NCBI RefSeq assembly: GCF_030028105.1
Contig: NC_092371.1
Location: forward strand, 190,152,031-190,216,030
Length of the DNA: 64,000 bases
Direction: 5' to 3'
Source of the DNA: Mobula birostris
Taxonomy: Eukaryota
Position 1 is the stretch's first letter. The number at the start of each line of letters is the position of its first letter. The notes below the pieces were generated by a model. It was not told where the DNA came from, made no database searches, and saw only the letters and a list, made by a program, of their open reading frames with translations. Below are positions 24,860 to 38,110 of the stretch, one piece after another. Both the position numbers and the translations under genes were made by a program.

Positions 24860-25409
24860 GTCTCCTGTTGTGACTTGCTTTTCTTAGTAAAAATATTTAC
24901 ATCTTGCTGGTGATTTGGGATTTCAGGGATTTCAGAGATTTCAGAGATCTGCAGCAAGTGTGCTCTCTTTAAGCCCAGCAAAAGTGGCTGAGGACTGAAC
25001 AAATCAGTTATTTTCACACATTGAGCACTTTTGGTCTCCCTTGTCTTTTGTTCTCTGACTTTCTCAGCTCCTCCCGGATGAATTATTGTCAATTTCTGTG
25101 ACAATGTGTTCAGAGTTTGTCGGTTCAGGTTTATCCAGTTTTCTGACACACCAGACAATTAATTAGACCATTCCGCAAAATCACAGATAAGGACTCATTG
25201 AAATTGAGGGTTCACATGTTAAGCAACAATGATGCAATAACTAACACACACAAACAGAGCAAATCTTTTTAAGAAGTGTATTTGTTATTTTGGCATTGAT
25301 TATATTTTGTGTGTCATTTAATTCTTTCATGAAGACCAGCCCATCAGCTCATGAGTACACCAGCTCCTCCGATATTTGCCGATACTGCCAATTGGCCAGT
25401 CCAGGCCTG
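24860..25409 (-). mobile_element. hAT-like DNA transposon 5' remnant
   Basis: Minus strand begins CAGGCCTGGACTGGCCAATTGGCA (hAT-like terminus), followed by HPGGAEKVRE..K..ITDLF resembling a hAT transposase N-terminus. Confidence 0.5.
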
Positions 25410-27869
25410 ATGGCGAAGTCTATATTTATTCATCTAAGTTATGCAATGTTGCATGAAGCCTAAATTGTTAGATTCATTGCTTCACAAATCAATGCATTCA
25501 ATCTGCAATGCACAATACACAGAAGAAATCGCGGAAGAAATCTATGCAGCCTCCAAGAGCTCGCAGTCTGCGTTGGCAAGGGGGTACACAGTGAAGAAGG
25601 TTATTAGGGCCGATGGAAATTATTGAGAGAGGAAAGGGTGTATGGAAAGAAAGTTTTCTCATCCCAACAACATAATATGGCCAATACTTTAACAGCATAA
25701 AGCAAAATGGCACAGAGTTTTAGAGGTTTGAAAATGAACAACAAAATTTAGAAATGTGATGTGAAGCACAGTGGACCCCAAAGTGTTGGCCTTCGAAGTG
25801 AGCAGAAAATCTGCCAGTTCATAGCATTCCTCTCGGCTGATCAAAGCCACAATGAGGTGAAAGCCGTAGAGTGCAGGAATTCTCCTCTTCAGAATCCATG
25901 GAGCTGTAAGATGTCTGAGCTGGAGGAGGGCTGAGGCTTGAGTCAGAGATCAGCACCCTGACTCCATTCGATGACCAACCAGTCCCTCGCCGTCCATGGC
26001 TCTTTCACCATGCTGACCCATTACTCTTACTCCAGCTTGTCCGTCACTTTCCAAAAGCAAACATTTCTCACTCAACACATTTCAGAAGCCTGTTAGACTA
26101 CCACCCTGTCCACTCTCAGGAGGAACTGTTCCTCGAGTTTATAAGCGTGCGCCCTCCTCTAAAAAGAGTAAACTCTGGGAAGAGCCCTTGGCTGTGATGG
26201 TAATTAAAAGAATCGTACACCTCACTGTGCTGTGACACCACAGTGTTAAACAATGACAAATCTTTACCTAGTCGTGCTGCTCTAACATCTCTGCCACAAG
26301 GTCACACTCAGAAGATGTAAACAGCTGCCTTTATTTTTAAAATATCTTAATTTTTACATGTTCTTTTCTGAAAGGGTTGGACAAAATAAAACATGTTTAT
26401 CATAGATGACTCTCAGAAGTGATTTGAGTTGTAAATGTATCTCTTCCCTGCAATGTGAATTAAACTCTGGCTACAAATATTTCTGAGAAGTGTAAAAGGT
26501 GTTGAACAACCTGTATACCTCATTTGGTCCTCTTCCTTCTTCACCTGTAAAACACTGCCTTTATTTTCCTGTGAATGTTGTCAAAAGAGAATCTTGGAAA
26601 AATATTATGAAAAAAATATGCCATCTGAAATTCATAATTTTAATCCCTTTTTAAAAGAAGATAGGATGTAAACTGCTCACAGTGCTATAGTCACCTGGCC
26701 TGGAAATGACTTGCCCCTGATTCCAGATTTCTAGGAACATCTCCCCTGCTTCTCAATTTAGCATCCCCCACTGGAAGGCTCTGACCAATTAATGCAGATA
26801 AACATGGACACTTTTGCACCAAAGGTTTGCATGCCAACTTTGAGCCACGCAGGCATCTGAACTAGTTTTCCGCTAACATAGGTTGGATTGTTCTTTCTCC
26901 AAGAGATTGACATTAGGATTAGATGAAACCAAGTCCATTCTAATTTTGTGAAACTAACTGGTCTAATAAAAACAATTACTGCCTGCCAAAACCTAATTAA
27001 GTTGACCTTTTAAAGTCATGAAATGCATAATACCCCCTACCTACAGTAGATGGTTATGAATAATACATAAATCCATAACCATGATGAGTAATGTATCAGA
27101 ATATGAATAATTCACTAAATAATTAAACCAATTTTTTAATAAAAGTACAATGAGAGAGAAGTGCACTACAATCACAGCCTTTCGCTCACTGCTAAAATCC
27201 CAGCAACCCCTGCATGTATGTCCTTGGCTTAAAACAACACAGTAAGAACAATAGGCTTCTAGTATCTGGGTGCATTGTCCACCCTAGAACACAGTAAAAT
27301 ATTTTCCTATTGGAAACATTCTGTAGGAATTATCTAAATTGCTGGAGCTCAAAAATCCTTGATATTTTCCAGATTTGGAAAATGTTATGGAATTTCATAG
27401 AAGTGCAAGATAAATAATGGAAGATAACCCCATCAAGCTTGTCTTCCTTATTCTAAATGGGAGTATTTTAGTTTTGAATGTGATTCCTCTGACTGGCAAT
27501 TGTACCAGCTAAGCATTTCTGCAGCATTCGTGCTTTCCATCTTAAAACCCTACTGTGTTCAGGTCTAGTATCCTGGATATGGTTCATCATAGACAATAGC
27601 TCGTAGTGTTTTGATATTAATGATAATACTAGAACCTACCTGATTTTGACTTTCCTCTGACAATGCCAGTGTTACTATATCTAATCCTGTGATAGTCACA
27701 CCCTGAGGTTCACTGCCAATAAACAGGCATGTGTATACAATTAGACTGCAGAATTTTCAGTTGTAAAAACATAAACAGTAGAAACAGTCCCTTCAGCCTT
27801 CGCCTGAATTTTCAGATGATCCTGTCCACTTTCTGGACTGAACCCATTTCCCCAGGTTTTAATGTTGGA

Positions 27870-29150
27870 ATGCCAATGAATATACACAATGATTTGGCAT
27901 CTAAAGACCTCTGATATAGGTAATTTCAAACATTTACAACCTTCTATGTGAAGAATTTTCTCCTTGCCCCAGTCCTAAATGATGACTTATCCTAAAATAG
28001 ATCCTCTAATTCCAGATTATCCAGCCTGAGAAAACTTGGTATCCAAGATTCACTGAGATCACCTCTCATTCTTGTAAATTAAATTAAGTATAGGTCAACC
28101 TTATGCAGTCTCTTCTTATAGGTCAACACCCCTGATTTCAAGAACCACTGTAGTTGATCCATACCACACCCATTTTCAGGTGTGGAATCCAAAATTCCAC
28201 ATAGTACTCCAAATAAGGTCTCACTATAACCCCCTACATTTTCAGAAAAATGTTCTTACTTCTGTTCTTCAAATTCCATGAATAAAGGGCAGTATGTAAC
28301 TTGCTTTCCTGATGCTTCATCTGCATGTTTACTTATTGCATCTCCTGAGCCAGTAAACCAGGACCCCTTTGTACACCAGTATTTGCTAGTTTCTCACCAT
28401 TGTTCCTCAAACCAAAGTAATCAACCTCACGTGTTCCTATTTTATACTCATTTGCTGTCTCTAACTTAACATATATCTTTGAAGAATTTTTTTGTATCAT
28501 CTTCACAGTACCCTTTCTCATTGAGATGTCATTGTATACACACTTCCTTTTTATCTGCCATTGCTACAAATTTTGAATTACTGAAGGTTTACTTCTGATT
28601 TGCAGGACATCCTAACAGCCTTCCAATTTGAAAATGACCAAATTATTCTAACTCTCTATTTTTGAAATCTTTACCAAAGCTTTATCCATATTGATACATT
28701 ACTAACCCCACATCCCCCCACCACTCCCCAAGATGTGGGTTTTCTTTAGATCCTCCAGTTTCCTCCAACATTGCAAACACGTACTAGGTCACCTTTATCC
28801 CTCCCCGTTGGTATATTATCAAAGAGTTCTGTTAGCACTGTCAAACAGATTTAGAATTAATTTGACTGAAAATAAATATCAGATATCATGCCAATGGCTT
28901 GTGACTTCCTATTTATGTTTCTTTCTTAAATACCAGTGTTGTACTTTCTGCCTTCCAATTTGCTATTGTTATTTTGAAATCCAAGAGGTTTTGGAAGATC
29001 ACTTATGCATCTCTTGGCAGTCACTTCTTTTAAATCTTGCCCGTAAGAGCCAGGGGATTTATCTGGGCTCCGTCTCCTTAATTTTTCCAATACTTTCTCT
29101 TTAGTGACATTGAATCTTTTAAGTTCCTCATTGCCCTGAGGTCATTAGTT
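27870..29150 (-). mobile_element. Highly decayed CR1 fragment, with a SINE piece near 28730-28790
   Basis: gatcacctctcattctt, aaaattccacatagtactccaaataaggtct: antisense CR1 RT C-terminus. Confidence 0.55.
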
Positions 29151-30159
29151 TCCTTCCATATATAGTGGCTCAGGAGCAGGCAATTCTGACAAGGAAATCC
29201 CCTTGTCACATGCGCAATACTGTAATCATATGTACTGGCTATTTTAATCTACTCATATGTGACCTAGTTAAAATGGCTGAGTGAAAATCACAAAGCTAAT
29301 GAATATTACCATTGTTAAGTGAGTGAAAGAAATGACAGTTGCACTAAATCTCAAAAGACTTCAAATACTTTAATACTCCTCACAACAAGAAAAGTGGGTG
29401 AATCAATATGCCAAATATTGTTCACTCACTCAATAGTTGATACAGTGATAAAGGACCGACATGTAATGATGTATGTGATGTGTAATGGTGATGACAGCAT
29501 TACTTTGCAAATTCTTGAATGTGCTTGTAGCATCTGCTGTGTAAAGATTTGTATTTAGCAATAATCTTCAAATTCTTTTCAGGATATCAAGAGCATTTTT
29601 TAAGGCAAACCAGTATTTTTGCTGTGCTGTTATATAGGAAAAGAAGCAGCCATTCTTTACACAATAACTTAAAAAACAATGAGATCATGACCAGGTGACC
29701 TGTCTTGTGAAGTTCTTGCCACAATATGATAAGTCCACTACTTATTTTCAAAGTAATGCAAGAACTGTCTCCTTTCGTAGCAATACACAAGACACTAGAG
29801 GAACTCAGTGGCATCTGTGAAGGGAAATGGTCAGTCAATGCATCTGCAGTTGCTTGTATCTCCATTTTCCTTTGTCCTCGGCCTTCCTCCAGACAAAAGA
29901 ACATTTCCTGGTGTAAGCAGGTCCTGTGGTCTTAACCATTTGTCTCCCGCAATTGTTTGAATGAAAACTAAATTAGACCAAATATCCTCCAGCCTTTTGT
30001 GGTAAGCAGACCTTGGCCCAGCTCTCAATGTCCAGGGTTGAATTACTGTCCTCGCCAATTGCTTTTTGCTGCTACCCACACTTTGGAGAGAAGTCACTAG
30101 AATGCATCTCCAGCTGACTACAGATGAACAGGAACATTCTGACAGTGGCCCCAATTTTA

Positions 30160-30282
30160 GACATAACATATAGGAGCAGAAGTAGACCATTTTGCCCATC
30201 GAGTCTGCTCCGCCGTTCAGTCATGGGCTGATCCAATTCTTCCAGTCATCCCCACTCCCCTGCCTTCTTCCCATACCCTTCT
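30160..30282 (-). mobile_element. CR1 3' end
   Basis: acataacatataggagcagaagtagaccatt..gcccatcgagtctgctccgcc. Confidence 0.8.
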
Positions 30283-30449
30283 CCAAGAAAAAGATAGACT
30301 GCCACTAACAATTAAGGAATGCAATTTGGCCATTCCATTAACACCCAAGGAAGGTGGGTTATGAATAATGCTGAGCCCATACAAGAAGGAAATTCAAATC
30401 ATAATATCATTGTACATTCATAACAAGATACTACTACTTTCTGGGAAAA

Positions 30450-30880
30450 GCAGTTTCTCCTCATCTCCATTCCAAATCTATCCCCCCAAAATCTTGAGGT
30501 TAAGTCCCCTAGTTCTAGTCTCACTCACCTGCTATCTTATGTATTCTTGTCATAATTTTATATGCTCCTATAAGATTCGATCTCATTCTTCTGAATTCCA
30601 GTGTGTATAGTCCCAGCCTACTCAATCTCTCTCCATAGGCTTCAGAATCAAACTCATAAACCTCCCCTGCTAATGTCTCCAAAGCCAGAATATCTTTGCT
30701 CAAGTAAGGAAATCAGAAATGTATATGGTACTCCAGGTGCAGCCCCTCCAGTACTCTGTACATTTGCAGCATAACTTCCTGCTTTTAAATTCAATCCCTC
30801 TAGCAAAGAAGGCCAAACTTCCATTTGCCTTCTTGATAACCCATTTCACCTGCAAAACAAACTTTTGTTTAATATTCATG
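30450..30880 (-). mobile_element. CR1 RT C-terminal fragment
   Basis: RLSRLGLYTLEFRRMR; KKANGSLAFFARGIEFKS. Confidence 0.8.
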
Positions 30881-31324
30881 CTTATTAATAAAGCGCAGGC
30901 AGGGAATAAAGGCAGATGGATATCTGAAAGCAGAGACAGAGGCATTATATGGAATTTAAATATGTAGACTCACTGTCACTTACACCTTTTGTTTGAAATG
31001 GTGTGAATAAATTGAACAATGTATGACATGGAACAGCTGATCATGAAAAACACCTGCTGTCCTCAAATCTGAAACTGCTATTCCTGACCTACATATACAG
31101 ATATAGAAGTTCATCTGTGTACCTGCTTTATGACAGGATTTTGTCAATGATAAAATACATTCATATGGCACATTCTGCCATAAGTCCTATTCCCTGTTCT
31201 CATTTCTCCCTATGATCGGACCAGTCTGATCCCTGCATGGACAAAAAGAGAAAGAGGATCATTTAATCTCCAGATATTATAATGTTGTGAAGCCATTACA
31301 TTTCTTTTATTTCTCATATTTATG

Positions 31325-31632
31325 TAGGAGACCATTCCATCCATCACATCTACGCTAGCTGTCAGACAAATCCTTTTGTCCACTTATTTCTCTGTAACCA
31401 ATTCTCTGTCACGTTTCTACTAACACCCACTGATTCTTCTACTGCCCAACCACATTCAGGGAATTTTACAGTAACTAATCAGCAAGTCTTCAGGATATAG
31501 GAGGAAATCAAGTACTGGGGCAAAATCCATACTGTCAGGCAAAGTCCACTGAGCCAGCACCAGAGGTCAGGATCAAACCCAGGTCATAGGAGCATTGAAA
31601 CAGCTGCAGTACTTACAACGTCTCTGTGCTGA
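31325..31632 (-). mobile_element. tRNA-derived SINE (HE1-like), degenerate
   Basis: Minus strand acctgggtttgatcctgacc (B-box-like), central core and CR1-like tail. Confidence 0.55.
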
Positions 31633-34600
31633 AAATAGAGGGAAGTGCCAATGCGTGGCTGTCACTGTACAGATCTCTGGAGAAGGTGGTGAAAAACCTG
31701 AATTTCTCTAAACTTTCTAGAGATAGTAGTTGGAACATCCATTTGAGGAGTGGATGGAGCCCACTATCTCATTTGGTTCCAGGTGAACCCCAAAAGCTCT
31801 AAGTAAGCCCTTTGCTTTTAATTGAGCAAACTGATCTGAGCAAGCTGAGCAGCTGATGTCCATAATGCAGTTGGTGCAGGCTGTGCCTGTCACTATTTTA
31901 ATGGATGTATATGTTTTCTATCAATGCTTTCACTGCAGCAATGGAAAGTTAGAATGACAAAATGCCGTAAACTATAGATTTTTCTGCAGAGCTTTGAATT
32001 TATTGAAGCAATGGCACAGAGCCATGAACAAATGCTCAGATGCACCATGCTTCCGTACCGTGTCAGCCAGATTTACTGTAGAACTTGCCAGTTGCTACTC
32101 AGGACAGTAATAACTCTGTGCAAACCCATAACATAGCAATAACAGTCTTTGATCTTTTGGATGTAGGTAACAGCATCAGAAATCTCCTACAATCGACACT
32201 AATGTACATCCTTATGCCAGGACTTGGATCCTCTTCTGCTTCCTTCTACTTACAGAATCCCTTTGGTCCCAAGAACACTCCAGTTTACCATTTGCATTGA
32301 CTCACAAAAGTCTGGCATTGTGTGCATACAGTGAAATTATCTTGCTCATGATCTTGGTAACATCTATTTTCATTACAGATAAATGGATGCCTGATCATGC
32401 AACATACATCTGCACATTTACAAACCTGCTGACACACACAGAATTGATCATTACAAATCATTGTTGGCCATTATCAATTAAAACTGCCCATACTTGGACA
32501 TGAAAGAACAATAAGGAAAGCAAGGAAGTTAGAGCATTGAAAATATTTCCCACTGAATATTGAAGAAAAGAATTCTGGTAATAGTGCCAGACAGTTACTT
32601 CACGAAAAGTGAAATGAGCAGAATATGATAATCATTTTATGGTCTTACTACTGGTAGATGACTTACCTCATGAGATTAGAAGAGGTGACTGCGTAGAAGT
32701 CAGAGATTGATGCCAAGAATCTTAGGCAATTGAACTTTGGCAAGCCAGGGCACAAAACAAACCACTGAAAATCTCCTAAGAAGCTCTACAAAGTAACCAG
32801 GAGGCTACTAGAACAGGGAGTGGTTATGACTATATATATATAGTGAGTTTTGCTTTTTAGAGGTGCTGGCTAGAAATTCAGTCTCGTGGCACGTGCTTCG
32901 ATGCACTGTGTCTTTGATCACACATGATAAATTGATAGTGAGCACAGAAATCCACATTTCTGAGGACACCAATGCATTGACAGCACATCAGATTATGCGC
33001 ATATAACTGGGCATCAGAGTAATTCTGACCAGGAAGTTAACCCTTCATGGAAGGAAAATCTGCTCAAATCCAACCTAAAGCGATTGTCTTTGCCTAGGCA
33101 TTATTGGGAATTTGTAAAGGTAGGCAAAGCTGGATTCTTCTCCAATGGACCAAGGAAACTGAGATGTAATACCAACTGTTCTAATTCTGCCCCATGTATC
33201 CATCCCTATTGCACAAAACCCAGTCAAACATTTAAGAAGCCGAATGTCTTCTTCTTTGTCTGCACAAAGGTTCCTGACAGATCCTGAAAGCTTTCAGATA
33301 GATCCACACCACGAGAAGCAACAGTTGTTCATGTTATAAACTGTTACTTTGTGAGATCTTGCCATGACAGAAAACAGTTTTTGCTCCTCACACAAACTCT
33401 GAAATCTGAAATTGTATTTGTTTTTTGTTCTTACTTATGCAAAAAAATGGGGGAAGACAATTCATTTACACAGTCAACATCCTACCAAATGTAAGAGTAA
33501 AAAACTCCTGGAGGAAACTGGAAGAGTCTACTGCACAGCACCAATAGATGCATACATCTGTACAATATACAGCATTACTTTTAGTATTAATGGTAATCAA
33601 TTGTACTCTTTGAACAGTAGAGGCATCTTCAATACTAAAGTTTATGTTTTGGTTGATGTTGTCCAGAAATCAACCTAGTCCATTGGTCAAAAGAAAGTAG
33701 TTTTCTTGCTGGAGGGGACATGACAACCTCCACCCATCACTTTGATTATCCCAAGATTCTCCAATCCATATTTCATCCACCCAGTGGGTGGAAGTCTTGC
33801 GCATGGATTGGAGGGATATGGGAATCTTGGAGATTCTGAATACTGGGGAAGAAAGAGGTTTGTTTGGGGACTGGAGGGCACTCATGCTCCACTTGACGAA
33901 GCACAATGTTAGAAAAGGACTTGCACCTTCCTTGCAGGACTCCTTTTAGTTGTCAGGTTTGTTAAGCCATCTTGGGAGAGATAAACCTAAAAAAAATAAG
34001 TTATTACGGGCACAGCCTCATTAAATTACCCAAATGAGCACCTGATACTCACTAGATTTTCCTTTGTTAAAACCAAAGGTGGGCAGAATTGAATCGAAGA
34101 TTTAGAAAATATTTTTAAAGTGAATTGTGCCCCCTAAATTTTATTTGTTAAAATTCCAGTCATTGTTTCTACAGACTTAACAGTTTTCTCAACCACCCCA
34201 ACCCCCAGACTATCTCTTATGCTTCTGGCATTCTAGACAAGCTACTTTATCTATTTTCCAGAATCTCTTAAACAGCTTTCATATCATCACCTCGTTTCCA
34301 GTGAAAGATGCTCAGTTTACCTAATCGCTTCTCACAATCATTTTGTTTGCACCATTTAGTATCTTTTCAATGATTATAATGTACTTTACATGCTCAACCA
34401 TGACCAGAACTGTTTACAGCTTTCTAACTGCAGTTGTACAAATAAATTATAAAGTGGCAGGGTTATCTCAATATTTCAGTTCACTATTGACATTTTAATG
34501 CATCTCAACATTCAATTTATTCTACTTACTGATAACAAGCATTGTTGTGAATGTTTGAATTTATCATTAGTCAAGCTTTCTAGATCCCCTTCGTTTTCTA

Positions 34601-35608
34601 CACGCATCGGGCAAGGCTAATACAGATCTTGGTTGTGATGGAACACATAAAGTTATAGCATACTTCATTAACCAGCCTCCTACACACAGAATGACCACTT
34701 GAGTGAGGTTTCAGAAGGTTATCAGCACTGGTACTGAGTCGCTATGTGAGTCATTGTTTACAGGAGTGGGGAAAAATATTTAAATAGATATTGTACTTGT
34801 CTGTGTGGACTGTGTATTCAGGATCTCATTTTACTTACTTATGATTATTAAGCTTTATTATCAGAGTAGATGGAGAGAGCAGGATAAGAATGCATGTCTT
34901 TTGAATGCATTGTTTTGAATATAATGTGCGTACAAAATGAAAGAGCAAGGGAGCCTGGATGACAATAATTTAAAATATGTAATAGTGCTCATTATCTGGT
35001 AAAGTCATTCTTGTATTCCATGGAATTGACAGATTATCTTGTCCCCACAGAGGGAAGTTCTGTTGCAACAAAAGGGGAAATCAGCAGCCTTTGATTGACT
35101 TGTGGCTCTCCATATCCAGCCCTGGTCCCCTGATGGCTCTAACATCGAGAATCAGAAGGATATTCAATGTTTATTGAGAGGGCAATTCTTCCCTGCACAG
35201 GTATAACGGATACCTGAAAGAGCCAGACATTTAGCTAATGTGAAGAAAATTAATTGAATTGGCTTCCCTAATAAGTTGGCAACTTTGCCCAGCAAATCAT
35301 GGAAGCAGGCAATCCAAAGAGTTTTCAGGGATGCACAATGAATTAGCTGATCTCAGCTAGCATTGTGTTAAAGGCTCTATTTTCATCTCATACTCGGAGG
35401 GAGAAAATGCTTATTACTATCCACCGATCACTCCGAAGCTTGTGTGCATGCATGGACATGGCCCCAATGATCAAGTAACTTGCTCACACTCACCTTTGGT
35501 AAAGTACTTATGGAAGCAAAGTTTATCAATGATTGTGTACCTTCAGTACAGTCCAGAGGAGGTTATCAAAAGGTAAAACTCAACTTAGGTACCACATTCC
35601 TCTATGTT

Positions 35609-36434
35609 CATAGTCATAGTCTTAGTCATACTCATACTTTATTGATCCCGGGGGAAATTGGTTTTCGTTACAGTTGCACCATAAATAATAAATAGTAATA
35701 GAACCATAAATAGTTAAATAGTAGTGTGTAAGTTATGCCAGTAAATTATGAAATAAGTCCAGGACCAGCCTATTGGCTCAGGGTATCTGACCCTCCAAGG
35801 GATGAGTTGTAAAGTTTGATGGCCACAGGCAGGAATGACTTCCAATGACGCTCTGTGCTGCATTTCGGTGGAATGAGTCTCTGGCTGAATGTACTCCTGT
35901 GCCCACCCAGTACATTATGTAGTGGATGGGAGACATTGACCAAGATGGCATGCAACTTAGACAGCATCCTCTTTTCAGACACCACCATGAGAGAGTCCAG
36001 TTCCATCCCACAACATCACTGGCCTTACAAATAAGTTTGTTGATTCTGTTGGTGTCTGCTACCCTCAGGCTGCTGCCTCAGCACACAACAGCAAACATGA
36101 TAGCACTGGCCACCACAGACTCGTAGAACATCCTCAGCATTGTCCAGCAGATGTTAAAGGACCTCAGTCTCCTCAGGAAATAGAGACGGTTCTGATCCTT
36201 CTTGTAGACAGCCTCAGTGTTCTTTGACCAGTCCAGTTTATTGTCAATTCGTATCCCCAGGTATTTGTAATCCTCCACCATGTCCACACTGACCCCCTGG
36301 ATGGAAACAGGGGTCACCTGGTACCTTAGCTCTCCTCAGGTCTACCAACAGCTTCTTAATCTTTTTCACATTAAGCTGCAGATAATTCTGCTCACACCAT
36401 GTGACATTGTTTCCTACTGTAGCCCTGTACTCTG
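35609..36434 (-). mobile_element. Rex1/Babar LINE, 5'-truncated
   Basis: VEDYKYLGIRIDNKLDWSKNT...RLYFLRRLRSF; SHPLH; SFLPVAIKLYN; (CATAGT)n tail. Confidence 0.9.
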
Positions 36435-37389
36435 TTCAATAATCTTTTCTATATTTACACCTGTCTAGAAGAAAAATTGCATATAGCAATCAATGTTCTT
36501 TACCTTCTATAGTCCTTGCACCTATTTACATATCAGCTCTATGATGGTGAGTGGGCAAAAAAAAACGTGCAATGTGGGATCCCCTTAAGTTAACTTAGCA
36601 AAGATAATATGGTGAACATTTCAACTGGATATTTTCTTTGCCAGAAAATTTAGCACATAGCATAGGAGTCCGAGCTAACTAATCAGTAACGTTGCCCATA
36701 ATTACCCATCAAATCATACTATTATACAACCCAGTGAAGACCACGGAGCCAGTGTGTTGTGACAGTTCTTGAAAGGAGATATCCCATCTGGCTCTTGCCC
36801 TACTATTTCACTACAGCCCATTATTTTTATCTTTTTAATTTATACTGTACACCATTCCTTTTTAATGTGATATTGTTGAATCTGCTTCCACTAACCTGTC
36901 ATGCATAGAATTTCAAGTTATAACATGTCTTCTCTCTTTAATTTATTGTGCCATTCACCATAAATCTGTGTCTAATCTTTATCGATTTGCTCTATCTACT
37001 TCATTAAAACCCTTCATAATTTTAAATCCTTTTCCTAGATTCTTGCTAAAATTTAACACAGCCCACACTTCAAGGTTGCACATATTAAAAAATTATTTTT
37101 TCAATCATTTGTTTTTCTATGCCTTGTGAATTTGGATCTTATAAAATACGAATAAGAATTCTATGCTATATATACTTTGGCCAAAGACTGGTGGATTTTG
37201 TTTCGATTAATCTTATTCATGTGTTAAGGAAAATTTATAATAATAACATGCTTCCATGTATATTTATACAAAAGTAAACCCATTATGAAAATATGAAATG
37301 GGAGTGACATTGATGGGGAGTTCATATCAAAAGAATTGGATATTTGAGGAAAAACAATGGACTTTATTTATCAACTGGTTTCAAGTTTA

Positions 37390-37770
37390 CTGCAAGTGGC
37401 ATCACAGGTAAACAGTGAAGAAGGAATTTTGCATGTTAGCCTTCATCTGTCAGGGGATTGGTATAAAAGTTGGGACATTACGCTACAGCTGTGTTCGAGG
37501 CATTGAGTATTAGAGTTGGGACATTATGATGAGACCACGTCTGGATATTGATTGTCCTGATATAGGAAGGACAATATTAAACTGGAAGAGTAGTGAGAAG
37601 ACTTAAGAGGATGCTGCCAGGACTCGAGGGCCTGAGTAAATACTGGGAGAGGGTGAGCAGCCTAGGACTTTATTCATTGGAGTATGGGCGATTGAGGGGT
37701 GACCTTACAGATGTTTATAAAATCATGAGGAGCGTAGATTAGCTGAATGTACAAAGCCCCTTTCCCAGGG
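37390..37770 (+). mobile_element. CR1 RT C-terminal fragment
   Basis: gaggatgctgccaggactcgagggcctgag...gattgaggggtgaccttacaga. Confidence 0.7.
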
Positions 37771-37784
37771 AAGCGGAAATAAGA

Positions 37785-38110
37785 AGAAACTAGATTGGGA
37801 CCTGTTTTGTCGAGCATCTCAGCTCTGTCTGTAAAAAGAGGAATTTCCCAATGGCCAACCATTTCAATTTCTATCCCCACTCCAGTTTGGACATGTCAGT
37901 CCACGGCCTCCTCTTCTGCCACGATGAGGACACCCTCAGGTTGGAGGAGCAACACATTAGATTCCAAGAGGGGGAGTTTCTAGGATATTCTGTCCAGGTG
38001 GCCTACAGACTGATGATACAAACATTGATTTCCCCAAACTATTCCCTCCTTCCCTTTTCCTCTTCTTCATTTCCCCATGTTGGCCTCTTACCTCTTCTCC
38101 TCTCCTGCCA
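37785..38110 (+). mobile_element. Penelope-like GIY-YIG C-terminal fragment
   Basis: MANHFNFYPHSSLDMSVHGLLFCHDEDTLRLEEQH matches the PLE endonuclease end at 22860-22970. Confidence 0.8.

Noticed and set aside
25780-26240. GC-richer, exon-like unique block
   Set aside because: The frames I translated on both strands hit stops, and I found no convincing splice-site pair or known motif.
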